Positions 1 to 9,679 of a stretch of DNA of 64,000 bases are shown here, one piece after another; the stretch's first letter is position 1, and the number at the start of each line of letters is the position of its first letter. The stretch comes from a virus, in the IMG/VR virus record IMGVR_UViG_3300031963_012969; one strand, written 5' to 3'. Made by a program: the position numbers and the translations under genes. The notes under the pieces were generated by a model, which saw only the letters and a list, made by a program, of their open reading frames with translations, did no database searches and was not told the DNA's origin.

Positions 1-1556
1 TTAGACGGAATCATTAAGTTTAATGACTGTCCTTGATCAATATATTTTTGTCGCTGGATGGCTTGATTAACTATCTCTAGCTGAGATATCTCCTCGAATG
101 TCTTAAATACATCTTTCTCTTCTTGGGACAAGAACGACAAATGTTGCACAGACCCACCATTGACTAGAATGGACGACCATGTCTCGTCCGTGTCTTGTCC
201 AATAGATTTGAGTAACTTTTTCAGGTAAGGATTTTTATAAGTAAATTTACCTTTAGCTAAATCTTTTACAAAATAATTACTGCTGAGCGGTTCAATACTT
301 GGAGACACTTGACCTAATATAAAACTAGAGCTTGTAGTGGGTGCTACCGCCAATGTTGTAGTATTGCGCCTAGACTCTTTTGAACCATTGTAAATGGGTG
401 CTCTGCCGAAGATCTCGGCTAAATTCTGGGTAGCAGAGTCGCACCTTGTCCTAATAATTTTCCATATCTCTGCGTTTTTAAGTTTTGCCTCCATGCTCTC
501 GAATGGTGTCAAATTTAATTGCAGGTATGAATGCCAACCAAGTACTCCTATCCCAAGTGCACGCTGATTAACTGCAAATGCATGTGCATGTTGCATAAAT
601 GTGTTGCCGCTGGTTTTTAGGATAAACTCTTGCATCACCGCATCAAGAAAGACTACAAGTAATTCAATAGCGTCAGTTTGAACTAATTCATCCCATCTCT
701 CAAGATTTATCGATGAGAGATTACACACGAATGATTCGTTCATTGAGCTAGATAGCATTATCTCGGAACACAGGTTACTAGCATATATTTTATGCCCAGT
801 TTCTGCATAAATATTTGGTGCATTATTATTTGCATTGTCTGAGAAGAAAATATATGGATAACCAGTTTCAAACCTCTTTTGAATTACCTTTCCCCATATT
901 TTTCTTTTCTCTTTGTCTCCGTTTACCATCTGTTCCATCCAGGCGTCACTAACGCAAACACCAAAAGACATTTGTTGAATTTCATGCCCCTCGTCTCTAA
1001 TTTGAAGGAACTCATTTATGTCTTTGTGATCAATGGGAAGATAAGCAGCAAATGAACCACGCCGTACATTACCCTGGGAAACAACGTTCATCAGTTTATT
1101 GTATAACTCCATAAAATGGACAGAACCCGTAGATTCTCCTCCAGAAGAGATAGAATCACCCCTGCCCCTAAGATCACCAAAGAAAGCAGAGGTACCTCCA
1201 CCGTACTTGGTCATCATACCTACTTCAGCAAGTTTATACATTATACCTTCCATGCTATCCGGGATGAAGCTGCCGAAGCAGCTAATAGGTAATCCCCTCT
1301 CCCTTCCGAAGTTCGCCCAAATGGGCGAACTTAGTGAGTAAAAACCCCTATATAGATAATCACTAAATTTTTCCTCAAAATTGTTTAACAAAGTTTTGTC
1401 TACTTTATTGATTAAAATTTTGTGATTTCTCAATATCCCAGCAGCAGCTTTACATATATCATTTATGCGTTCCTCAGCTGACTCCCCTTCAATTAAATAA
1501 CCTCTTTCAAGGAACTTCCTGGAGTCTTTATTTAGCCAATAACAGTCTTTATTCAT
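1..1556 (-). CDS. nrdA: Ribonucleoside-diphosphate reductase class Ia alpha subunit (3' end runs off the window)
   Basis: Not in the ORF track (no stop inside the window). Manual translation from the ATG at 1556: MNKDCYWLNKDSRKFLERGY...SPIWANFG...PISCF...ETGYPYIFF...SNLCSEI...VCNLSS...RALGIG...LAVAPTTSSS...YIDQGQSLN; all RNR R1 motifs present. Confidence 0.95.
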   Translation of the reverse strand, partial: MNKDCYWLNKDSRKFLERGYLIEGESAEERINDICKAAAGILRNHKILINKVDKTLLNNFEEKFSDYLYRGFYSLSSPIWANFGRERGLPISCFGSFIPDSMEGIMYKLAEVGMMTKYGGGTSAFFGDLRGRGDSISSGGESTGSVHFMELYNKLMNVVSQGNVRRGSFAAYLPIDHKDINEFLQIRDEGHEIQQMSFGVCVSDAWMEQMVNGDKEKRKIWGKVIQKRFETGYPYIFFSDNANNNAPNIYAETGHKIYASNLCSEIMLSSSMNESFVCNLSSINLERWDELVQTDAIELLVVFLDAVMQEFILKTSGNTFMQHAHAFAVNQRALGIGVLGWHSYLQLNLTPFESMEAKLKNAEIWKIIRTRCDSATQNLAEIFGRAPIYNGSKESRRNTTTLAVAPTTSSSFILGQVSPSIEPLSSNYFVKDLAKGKFTYKNPYLKKLLKSIGQDTDETWSSILVNGGSVQHLSFLSQEEKDVFKTFEEISQLEIVNQAIQRQKYIDQGQSLNLMIPS

Positions 1557-1571
1557 TTTAATTTTTTGTAG

Positions 1572-1802
1572 TTAATACAGCATCTTTCTGCAAAGGAAAA
1601 GAGCTTTTTGTGTACCTGCTTCGTCGTTTTCGGTTTCACAAAACTCTCCATCCCAAATTAAATAGCACTGTTGTTTATTTTTTCTTATATTTATTTCCCT
1701 GATTGATTCAAGCAAATCGTATGTAGCCTCATTTGCTTCAACTACTACAGGCAAATCAGGATCCTCTTTGGATAATTTGCTTATTAGATCTCTGACTGTC
1801 AT
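1572..1802 (-). CDS. Small hypothetical phage protein (paralog of 62069-62299)
   Basis: MTVRDLISKLSKEDPDLPVVV resembles MKVKELISVLSLEDPEMRVVV. Confidence 0.7.
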   Translation of the reverse strand: MTVRDLISKLSKEDPDLPVVVEANEATYDLLESIREINIRKNKQQCYLIWDGEFCETENDEAGTQKALFLCRKMLY

Positions 1803-1817
1803 CTCGTGTTTGTTTGT

Positions 1818-2801
1818 TTAAAATAAATCATCCTCTGAGAATGATTGTGACTTTTTAGAATAGTCAACAGGCCTTGAATGAAAAAAGTCTGTCATGTTGT
1901 TTGCTAATAGCTGTTCGTCAAACCAAACAGTTGTAGAAATTTTTTCTTTATCTATTTCGAATACGGATTTTAAACCTATTTGATTCAAGGAATTATTAAT
2001 CCTATTCTTAATAAATTCTTTTAATATGTCTGCAGACAAACCGTTTTCATTTATTCCATTAACCATCCAATCAATTATTTTTGCTTCTGAAACAAATGCT
2101 TCCTGAGCTTCTTCTAGAATTTTTTCCTCTAGTTCTTTATCGAATATATCTGGATACTCTTGTTTTATGGTGTTTATTATTTTAATGCCAACTAACGCAT
2201 GAATATTTTCTTCATTGCGAGTGTATTTGACTTGTTGATCAGTATCTTTTAAAACATTTTTAAATGTAGAAAACCAGTTAATTACATAAAATTGTGAGAA
2301 TAGCGAAACATTCTCTACAAACAAGGTAAACAATATAAGAGCATATAAATATTGTTTTTTGCTGTCCTTGTAAAATCTATGTGTGTATTTCTTGAGATAC
2401 TTCACTCTACCCTGTATCCATTCCAGCTTTAAATTTTCCTCGAATACGCTCTCAAGGCCAAGCACTGAAAGCAATCTTTCATAAGCGTTATTATGAATTA
2501 CTTCCACATTAGCCATGACGTATCCTAAATCAGATAATGACGGATGAGGTAAGTTTTCTCCAAGCTTTGCCCAAAACGTTTTTACTGCAACCTCTATTTG
2601 ACCTATTGCAGACAAAGTGCGTATTATAATTTGTCTTTCTTGCTCAGTCAATTTTACCGAAAAATCTTGAACATCCGACTTGAAATTAAATTCTTTGTCA
2701 GTCCAAAAACCATTGTGCATGGCTTCGATAAATTTATCTGTCCACGGATAAAGATTTGGTTTTCTTGAAATTTGTTCATCAAATATCTTTAATGTATTCA
2801 T
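1818..2801 (-). CDS. nrdB: Ribonucleotide reductase beta subunit
   Basis: Ferritin-like di-iron motifs EVIHNNAY, VENVSLFSQF, EENIH; C-terminal DFF motif; next to nrdA. Confidence 0.95.
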   Translation of the reverse strand: MNTLKIFDEQISRKPNLYPWTDKFIEAMHNGFWTDKEFNFKSDVQDFSVKLTEQERQIIIRTLSAIGQIEVAVKTFWAKLGENLPHPSLSDLGYVMANVEVIHNNAYERLLSVLGLESVFEENLKLEWIQGRVKYLKKYTHRFYKDSKKQYLYALILFTLFVENVSLFSQFYVINWFSTFKNVLKDTDQQVKYTRNEENIHALVGIKIINTIKQEYPDIFDKELEEKILEEAQEAFVSEAKIIDWMVNGINENGLSADILKEFIKNRINNSLNQIGLKSVFEIDKEKISTTVWFDEQLLANNMTDFFHSRPVDYSKKSQSFSEDDLF

Positions 2802-2822
2802 ATATCTATTGTTTATATTTAA

Positions 2823-3266
2823 TTAAATGTCGTCCAAAAGGACCCCCTTTATTGCTTTTCTTGCCAGTTCATCGCATTGTTCATTTTCTTCGTGTCCATT
2901 GTGTCCTTTAACCCATACAAAAGACAATTCATCAAATTGTTCTATCAACTCGATAAATTGTCTCCAAAGGTCTGGGTTCTTTACTCCAGACAGCTTACGA
3001 TTTTTCCAGTTTAGTATCCAGCCTTGATTTACTGCATCTGTGATATATTTTGAGTCAGAGTACAATACAACTTCATTTTTTTTGCGATCTACTACAAAAT
3101 TAAGGGCAGCAATTGCCGCCCTTAACTCCATTCGGTTGTTTGTTGTATTTTTGTATCCTTGGCTTAATTCATAACTAGTTCCATCTTCTAATTTTATGAT
3201 TGCTGAATACCCACCTGGTCCTGGATTACCTGAACATGCGCCATCGGTGTATATACTAAGTTTCAA
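2823..3266 (-). CDS. rnhA: Ribonuclease HI
   Basis: IYTDGACSGNPGPGG, TTNNRMEL, YSDSKY, WVKGH, NEQCDELA. Confidence 0.96.
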   Translation of the reverse strand: MKLSIYTDGACSGNPGPGGYSAIIKLEDGTSYELSQGYKNTTNNRMELRAAIAALNFVVDRKKNEVVLYSDSKYITDAVNQGWILNWKNRKLSGVKNPDLWRQFIELIEQFDELSFVWVKGHNGHEENEQCDELARKAIKGVLLDDI

Positions 3267-3879
3267 TAACTTCTTTTTGTTTATTTTGATCAGACTCTAC
3301 TGAGCTAATATCTGTTGTTTCTGCCGACATGTAAGGCCTATCCTTGAAATAATTTGGTCCATATGAAACAAATACTTCTTCTCCAGTTTTTATGTGTTTA
3401 ATGCAGTGTATATCGGCATAATTTCTATCCCAATGAAAACTCCATTCTGTATTTGGCGCATCTTGATGATTGTAAATCATACCATACCCAAGAACCATAT
3501 ACATGGTGCCTCCATGAATCATACATTGATCACATGGGCATCGATTTGAATATAAATATCTTTTTATCTGTGGATCATTTTGGTATCTACCTCTGTGAGC
3601 CAAAGGAACCATGTAACATCTTTCGACCAATTCTCCAGGTTCTATATCCTTTGTGGCAACCACTCCCATTCCCATTTTAACATCGAATGATTTACCTATC
3701 TTAATTTTAGATGCTTGAAAAAATTCCACATTTGGAATTGTTTGTTCGTATATCTGTTGTGCCTTTTTGTCAAACTCTTCACTTGCTTGTCCGGCTGACA
3801 TATTTTTCATGTCTTCAGGAGTAAATATGGGCACTTCTACGGTTTCGTTTGTTATTTTTTGTGTTTGTATATTTTCCAT
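3256..3879 (-). CDS. SET-domain protein (putative lysine methyltransferase)
   Basis: GMGVVATKDIEPGELV, IYNHQDAPN, IKTGEEVFVSYG match SET motifs. Start moved to the ATG at 3879 because the longer ORF runs into tRNA-Pro. Confidence 0.85.
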   Translation of the reverse strand: MENIQTQKITNETVEVPIFTPEDMKNMSAGQASEEFDKKAQQIYEQTIPNVEFFQASKIKIGKSFDVKMGMGVVATKDIEPGELVERCYMVPLAHRGRYQNDPQIKRYLYSNRCPCDQCMIHGGTMYMVLGYGMIYNHQDAPNTEWSFHWDRNYADIHCIKHIKTGEEVFVSYGPNYFKDRPYMSAETTDISSVESDQNKQKEVIET

Positions 3880-3913
3880 TGTATTTTGTGTTTTTACATT
3901 TATATTTAAAAAA

Positions 3914-3987
<74 letters not shown>

Positions 3988-4001
3988 TTTGTTTCTTTAA
4001 T

Positions 4002-4637
4002 TTATCCTTGCTCTATCAAGAGTTTATGGTGTCTAAGCTCCTCACTTGAACTATAATCACTGCTAAACCATATTGGGAGTGTCATTCTTATTCCGCTTGT
4101 TACTTCGTTAACCCCATGTTCTGCTCTATCGTCTGAATGAAATATAACGACAGAACCAGCTTTTGGCTGACAAACATAGTCATCCCCATTCTCAGTTTTT
4201 ATGAAGGTACTACCCCCCTCAAAACCAACTAACGGCCCAGATCTATCATTTAAATAAGTTATTGCCGTATATTCCCTGCGATTCAGTGGATCGCCTGTTA
4301 CATATCCACTGTCTATATGTCTATCCTGAAACTTGCCTTTTCGCCATAAAACCATATCTGTAAAATCTATAAAAACTGTTTTTTTGAAATTAATTGTAAC
4401 TAAATTTTTTACAAAATACCTATGAATTATGACTTTTTCTCTAATTGTAGGATCTGCAATATCCAAAAAATTAAACGTATCGTTTTCTTTCCATGGAAGT
4501 TCTTGTGAATTGTTATTACTTGTCTCATGAGCCCCTTTATTATCCAATAAAAAGCTGCACAACATTTCACACGTATGTAAGCTCAATACATTATCAAATC
4601 TAAAAATTTGTTTACTGCCTGTATTTATTTGGTTCAT
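4002..4637 (-). CDS. 2OG-Fe(II) oxygenase (prolyl-hydroxylase-like)
   Basis: HID, YTAITYLND, FEGGST, HGVNEVTSGIRMTLPIWF (HxD...H...R). Confidence 0.88.
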   Translation of the reverse strand: MNQINTGSKQIFRFDNVLSLHTCEMLCSFLLDNKGAHETSNNNSQELPWKENDTFNFLDIADPTIREKVIIHRYFVKNLVTINFKKTVFIDFTDMVLWRKGKFQDRHIDSGYVTGDPLNRREYTAITYLNDRSGPLVGFEGGSTFIKTENGDDYVCQPKAGSVVIFHSDDRAEHGVNEVTSGIRMTLPIWFSSDYSSSEELRHHKLLIEQG

Positions 4638-4657
4638 ATAAAATTTAATTTTAACGA

Positions 4658-4685
4658 ATAGTATTCCCAAAAATAAAAGTGTCAA
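4658..4685 (-). promoter_or_regulatory. Sigma70-type promoter
   Basis: Minus strand TTGACA-N16-TACTAT about 20 nt upstream of the 2OG oxygenase ATG. Confidence 0.6.
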
Positions 4686-4768
4686 ACATTTTACGTATTA
4701 GTCGTTTTATTTTATAGAGTGCTAATTCGTAATAAGAAATAAATGAAAAAAACATAAGATAAAAAATT

Positions 4769-5122
4769 TTATGTTAATACCCTTCTAACTACTCTAATGT
4801 GACATGCATTATCTCCCCATTCATTATTTTTTTGTTCTGGAATAGATAAGCAAGCTGTAAAGACGCACATGTCGTAATAACTAGGATTATCTTTGTCTTT
4901 CATCCACCGTAGCTGCATCGGCTGCATCAATGGACGAAAATGATGATAACCAAAGGTTTGGCCTTTTGATATGGCTCTTTCTTTTCTATATCTTATTAAA
5001 CTAATTGCGTACCTAATGGCGTCATGCTTTGATTTGTATACTCCATAAACTAATTGCGGGTCAGGATTGCAGTATACTAAATATACGAATTCATCCCCCT
5101 TTTTCTTATTTTTTGTTTTCAT
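4769..5122 (-). CDS. Hypothetical protein
   Basis: 117-aa ORF on the coding strand. Confidence 0.7.
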   Translation of the reverse strand: MKTKNKKKGDEFVYLVYCNPDPQLVYGVYKSKHDAIRYAISLIRYRKERAISKGQTFGYHHFRPLMQPMQLRWMKDKDNPSYYDMCVFTACLSIPEQKNNEWGDNACHIRVVRRVLT

Positions 5123-5130
5123 AGTTAAAT

Positions 5131-5160
5131 AAAAAAGCCCTCATTTAATATGAGGGCTTT
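5131..5160 (-). terminator. Rho-independent terminator
   Basis: AAAGCCCTCAT-ttaa-t-ATGAGGGCTTT hairpin with a U-run on the minus strand, after the 442-aa gene. Confidence 0.75.
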
Positions 5161-5181
5161 CGTAAAGTTTTGTTTTATTCG

Positions 5182-6510
5182 TTATCTTCTTTTGTTTTGC
5201 CAAGGCAATAAACTTGTTTGTCTTAATTGATCGCCCTTACCTAGTCTCCCCTTGGCCGCGTTTTGCATTGTGTCCCCGATCCTACCAAAAACATTTGAAA
5301 CAGTACCTAAAGGACCACCAAGCCTACTATTCTGCACGGCTTGAGGTTTGACGGAAGATGGCTTTAATACCGGACTAGGTACTTGAGCCTTAAAATTAAC
5401 CTGTTTTACAGGTTTTACTTTTTGTTGTATTTTTGGTTTATTAACGCTCTGTTGTGTAGTGACTGGGTTCTGTGTAATTACTGGTTTATTCTCTACTGGT
5501 TTCGGGGTACCTGAAATAGGTGACGCAGATGAAACTGGCTGTGGAACACTGCTTACATTTTCGACAGGAGATGGAAGTGGACTAGGAACTGGTGCTGGGA
5601 TATTGTTGTTCACGCCCCCAGTAGGCGTAACAGCAGCAGGAGCAGTAATAGGTGTAGGTCCATTGTTAGTAGTATCTGTGGTAGGATTTATTGCTGGGGG
5701 CGAGAAGGCTTGGTTCGCATTACTTATTGCGGCCTGCGGCATGTCGCCAGCAAATCCAACACCGGCCATATTAGCTAGTTGACCATCCGATAGTCTATCA
5801 GAAGTATTTGGCTTAGGAAGCGGATTCTGTTTAAGAGCATTTTGCGCGTCTAAACGCTTGTTTCTTTCGTTGGTCTCAGCCTGAAGTGTATTTGTTTCGC
5901 TATACGGATTATATAATTCATTTAAGCCAGTACCGACATCAATCAATTTACCAACCAAGTTGGATCCAGCGCCCCACACAGCACCTGGCAATAAACCGGC
6001 ACCACCGGATGCAAGTCCCGCACCGGCAGCGCTGGAAGCGGTATCTATACCAAAACTTCTTAATTGGTTCCCTACTTCCGATAAATAATCCCCACCCGAA
6101 AATTGTGGTATTGCCGCATCAGCGGCTAACCCAATACCAGCGCCAGCAAGTCCACCAGCAACTAAATTTTTGGTTGGAACCCCCTTCATCATCAACCTAG
6201 ACCAATTAGATGGTGATGCCACATTTCCAGAAACTGGGGGAACCGCAACGCCAGCTCCGTTAGGTTTTATAGACGGGGCAGTAAGGGCGTTTCGTGCAGG
6301 CGTCAGGGGGTTTTGTGTTTGCACTGCTGTTGGTGCAGCGCTTGGGGATCTAGTCGCCGATTCATAGGCTTTTCTGTAAGCTGCTTGTTCCGGCGCACCA
6401 ATCGATGGGTCTCCCATCGCACGCCTCATAGATTCCAATACTTCTGGAGAAAACTGTCTCGCAATTTTACTGAATAAGCTATTGAAATATTCTGAAGCGT
6501 ATTTATTCAT
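5182..6510 (-). CDS. Pro/Gly/Ala-rich low-complexity protein, possibly virion-associated
   Basis: N-terminus MNKYASEYFNSLFSKIA; glycine-zipper-like hydrophobic segments; P/V/S-rich C-terminal half. Confidence 0.7.
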   Translation of the reverse strand: MNKYASEYFNSLFSKIARQFSPEVLESMRRAMGDPSIGAPEQAAYRKAYESATRSPSAAPTAVQTQNPLTPARNALTAPSIKPNGAGVAVPPVSGNVASPSNWSRLMMKGVPTKNLVAGGLAGAGIGLAADAAIPQFSGGDYLSEVGNQLRSFGIDTASSAAGAGLASGGAGLLPGAVWGAGSNLVGKLIDVGTGLNELYNPYSETNTLQAETNERNKRLDAQNALKQNPLPKPNTSDRLSDGQLANMAGVGFAGDMPQAAISNANQAFSPPAINPTTDTTNNGPTPITAPAAVTPTGGVNNNIPAPVPSPLPSPVENVSSVPQPVSSASPISGTPKPVENKPVITQNPVTTQQSVNKPKIQQKVKPVKQVNFKAQVPSPVLKPSSVKPQAVQNSRLGGPLGTVSNVFGRIGDTMQNAAKGRLGKGDQLRQTSLLPWQNKRR

Positions 6511-6519
6511 AATTGTCTT

Positions 6520-6741
6520 TTATTTATAACCTGCGACATCGTTTAAGTCAGCTTCACTAGGCTTCGCATTAGCAGGGAGCCCTGGAATCTTTGTTATAAG
6601 TCCATCATTCTTTTTTGGTGGCGTTGGTTTTACTGGCTTTGCTGGAGCTCTCTGACTAGATAGAGACATCATGTGTTCATCTGTTGGTGTGCCTGCTAAT
6701 TTTATTAACTCCTTTATATATGTTTCGGTATATTTGTTCAT
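6520..6741 (-). CDS. Small hypothetical protein sharing the MNKY...KxA N-terminus with 5182-6510
   Basis: MNKYTETYIKELIKLAG; TGCTATAAT extended -10 at 6758-6766 upstream. Confidence 0.7.
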   Translation of the reverse strand: MNKYTETYIKELIKLAGTPTDEHMMSLSSQRAPAKPVKPTPPKKNDGLITKIPGLPANAKPSEADLNDVAGYK

Positions 6742-6791
6742 GTATATAATTTATTCCATTATAGCAATAATTCAATGTTTTATTGCGCTTA

Positions 6792-7118
6792 TTATGGCGC
6801 AGCGGTAGGTCCCGTCGGGCCTGTAGGTCCAGTTGGGCCTGTAGGTCCAGTTGGTGAACTACCGCCACCCTCTGACGTCACGTATCCAACTGGAGTTGGT
6901 CTAATTACTTCTTCATTGTAGTTAAAATCATAAAACGCAGGAATATTATTAGCTATATCTTTTTCATCCTCAGAAAAAACAACAGGGATCAACAATAGCC
7001 CCCCTATTGCCAATCCTATTGTATTTGGTTTGTCTTCCCACCCAAGCATTTTAAGTTCATCATTTTTTAAGAATCTCGCATCAATAGACTCTGATCCGAT
7101 TAGTGCTGCTAATTCCAT
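6792..7118 (-). CDS. Protein with a short collagen-like (GPT)n tail
   Basis: PTGPTGPTGPTGPTGPT at the C-terminus. Confidence 0.75.
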   Translation of the reverse strand: MELAALIGSESIDARFLKNDELKMLGWEDKPNTIGLAIGGLLLIPVVFSEDEKDIANNIPAFYDFNYNEEVIRPTPVGYVTSEGGGSSPTGPTGPTGPTGPTGPTAAP

Positions 7119-7121
7119 AAA

Positions 7122-8372
7122 TTATATTCTTTTTACTGTGAACGTTGTAGACCAACTGCTAGTCTTAGTAAATGGCCCCTCTGGACTTATTGAGTCTGCA
7201 ATAGCATACAAATGACACGGGGCAACTTCCATTTCACTGGAGCTGGCGCACGAGAAACCGAATTTATCGTCCTGCTCGGCATCATCGGGGACGAGTTCAT
7301 TAAATAGTGAAAAATCTGTACCATTATATATATAAACATATACACATCCAGTCTTGTCATTTTTTCCTGGAGCGCCTATAGCAACCCTATAAAGAAATGG
7401 AGGACTTGCGCATATACTATGACCAAAACAATCCTCTGGAGAAGAAATATTTGGATCAAAAATAATGGATTTTTGTTTTAATATTCTATCTATCTTATTT
7501 TTTGAACAAAATAGAACCTGGATAGATTGAGACATAGTCAATGGCTCTATGTTTTCCTTCATAAGAAAAACAAATGGTGTCGCTGCTCCGGTGGCGTCCA
7601 TGTATGCAACTCTCTCTGGAAGAGTTTTGTCTTGTCTCAATATTTTTGTTTTATAGCTAAAAAAAGTAGCTACATCATTTTTTGTAGTTCTCTTGAAATC
7701 AAAAAACCAACTAGATGGGTCATTAGCTGGCCTTGTATATGTATAAACCTTCGATAATTTATCTATTTTTTTGTCACAAATCCAGAGCATATTTCCATCA
7801 TCAGACAGTGCGACTGATTTCCCAAATTCTCTTCCAGCAACTGGATCAATTGGAAGTATTTTAGCCATTAATTCATGACTATTTTCACTTATATTAAATA
7901 CATAAACTGCACCCGTTCTGTCCCCGACTTCAGACCTTTCTCCTGGAGCGCCTACCACCAACATGTCTCCATCTGTTGTCATAGCCACTGAAGCACCAAA
8001 ATCTACTGCCGAACCGTCAAGTGGTAAATTATTTTCGTTTCCAGTCAATGGATAAAAAAATTTATATTTTTTTTTCCAATTTTTATCTATACCTTCGTAA
8101 TTCCCCCCCTTATACAAATAAATTGCGCCAATTTTATTTCCGTCTGCGTCTTTACACCCTGGAGCTCCAATTGCTAATAATGTGACATCCAATAAAACAG
8201 GTCTAGCAAAATCTATTGTTTTGAGCTGCCTGTCGTGTAATATCAACTTATTCTTGTAAGTTCTACCAAATTCAGGTCCGTTTTTTTGTATAGAAACGAA
8301 CTTTTTGGGAGCCATTTTTCTAGCAAAAGTAAATGCCTGAGTTACTGTTTTAGTTAGGTTTTGATACGGCAT
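7122..8372 (-). CDS. FG-GAP repeat (integrin-alpha-like beta-propeller) protein
   Basis: Repeated FGASVA...LVVGAPG...GAVYVF, FGKSVAL, FGHSI...IGAPG...GCVYVY, FGFS. Confidence 0.8.
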   Translation of the reverse strand: MPYQNLTKTVTQAFTFARKMAPKKFVSIQKNGPEFGRTYKNKLILHDRQLKTIDFARPVLLDVTLLAIGAPGCKDADGNKIGAIYLYKGGNYEGIDKNWKKKYKFFYPLTGNENNLPLDGSAVDFGASVAMTTDGDMLVVGAPGERSEVGDRTGAVYVFNISENSHELMAKILPIDPVAGREFGKSVALSDDGNMLWICDKKIDKLSKVYTYTRPANDPSSWFFDFKRTTKNDVATFFSYKTKILRQDKTLPERVAYMDATGAATPFVFLMKENIEPLTMSQSIQVLFCSKNKIDRILKQKSIIFDPNISSPEDCFGHSICASPPFLYRVAIGAPGKNDKTGCVYVYIYNGTDFSLFNELVPDDAEQDDKFGFSCASSSEMEVAPCHLYAIADSISPEGPFTKTSSWSTTFTVKRI

Positions 8373-9138
8373 ATTCTTTTACACTTAAAACGCTATCCTC
8401 TATGATGCCATAGTGAAATACAGTGTCAAGATTCCAGCTTTCATGGTCTGTATATTTTGCAATACTTGATGGTTCTTTAACCGTTGTGTGTCCGCATATT
8501 TGCTTGCCAACATGACTACAGGGATAAAATTCGTTATACCAGTCACACCAAGTAAGGCCACCAACTGATTGTCTTCCGCCCCTACATACCCCAACTGATG
8601 AAACAAGATAATTGCAGCTATATGATAAGTCCCTAAAATTTGCCCAGGCATCATTAGCTTTTGAAATTAAATCATCTATATTATATCCGTACGGAAAATG
8701 TTCCATAATTATGCCAGCATGCGAAAATGACCACCCCTGAGATCTATGAGCTAACTTAAAATTTTTTCTAAAAAACTCATCTTTTAATCCTTTATCAAAA
8801 AATGTTTTTCTAAATTTTTTGGCCTTATTACCAGTAAAACCAGAGCAATAATATGGTAGAAGCTTGGGACAAGATTTCGTGGAAGGACCATTATTGCAGT
8901 AAATATAATTTATATCATGATTGCCGACCAAAAAAACAAACTTATCTTTATTTTTATGGTCTGTAATTAAATTCTTGAGATATATGCATGTATCCTCAAA
9001 GCTTGCGACAAATGGAGGCTCATAAAACGAGTCCAACCAATCACCAAGAAAAACTACTTCATCGTATTCATTATTGTTTAATGCTATGTCCACATTTTGA
9101 ATCCTGTGGTGTATGTCTGGGATGACTAAAGTTTTCAT
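8350..9138 (-). CDS. Calcineurin-like metallophosphoesterase
   Basis: DIH, GDWLD, GNHD, SHAG, GHT motifs. Confidence 0.92.
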   Translation of the reverse strand: MKTLVIPDIHHRIQNVDIALNNNEYDEVVFLGDWLDSFYEPPFVASFEDTCIYLKNLITDHKNKDKFVFLVGNHDINYIYCNNGPSTKSCPKLLPYYCSGFTGNKAKKFRKTFFDKGLKDEFFRKNFKLAHRSQGWSFSHAGIIMEHFPYGYNIDDLISKANDAWANFRDLSYSCNYLVSSVGVCRGGRQSVGGLTWCDWYNEFYPCSHVGKQICGHTTVKEPSSIAKYTDHESWNLDTVFHYGIIEDSVLSVKEYAVSKPN

Positions 9139-9407
9139 TCAATTTTATCTAATGCCTTTTTGAATACATCCTCAAAAACTTCGTTGACTGAAATGTCTTT
9201 CTCACAAGATTCCATTATTAAAAAATGAAGAACATCACGAGACATGTCTGAAATATCTACTTCGATGCTTCCATATTTTTGAAGTAAAATTCCATCATCG
9301 ACGGTTTTAATGGAAAACTTATCTCCTGGAGAAATATTTAATTCATGCGATTCTTCTTCGTTAAATTTTACAAATAATTGTTGTTCTGTTTCTATTTTCT
9401 TTTTCAT
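9135..9407 (-). CDS. AbrB/MazE-like DNA-binding protein
   Basis: FVKFNEEESHELNISPGDKFSIKTVDDGILLQK swapped-hairpin pattern; start placed downstream of tRNA-Leu. Confidence 0.55.
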   Translation of the reverse strand: MKKKIETEQQLFVKFNEEESHELNISPGDKFSIKTVDDGILLQKYGSIEVDISDMSRDVLHFLIMESCEKDISVNEVFEDVFKKALDKIE

Positions 9408-9428
9408 AATTTTGAATGTTGTATGTAA

Positions 9429-9512
9429 TAGCGCGGGTGGGACTCGAACCCACACGGTCATTATAACCAAAGGATTTTAAGTCCTTTGCGTCTGCCATTT
9501 CGCCACCGCGCC
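9429..9512 (-). tRNA. tRNA-Leu (UAA)
   Basis: GGCGCGG...AAGGA-CTTAAAA-TCCTT, long variable arm, GGTTCGAGTCC, CCGCGCT-A. Confidence 0.95.
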
Positions 9513-9679
9513 AAAATTACTTAAGACTGAGACCCCAATCTCTTGAGTCTCTGTTTTTCTGCATATTTACTTCCACTGGCTAAAGTTTTCTTTAGCTGAA
9601 CTAACCTTTTTTGTTTTTCTTGCTGTATTTTTTTTCTTTTTTCTGAAGCCATGTTGTGTGTAGATATTAGTTTTTTTAC

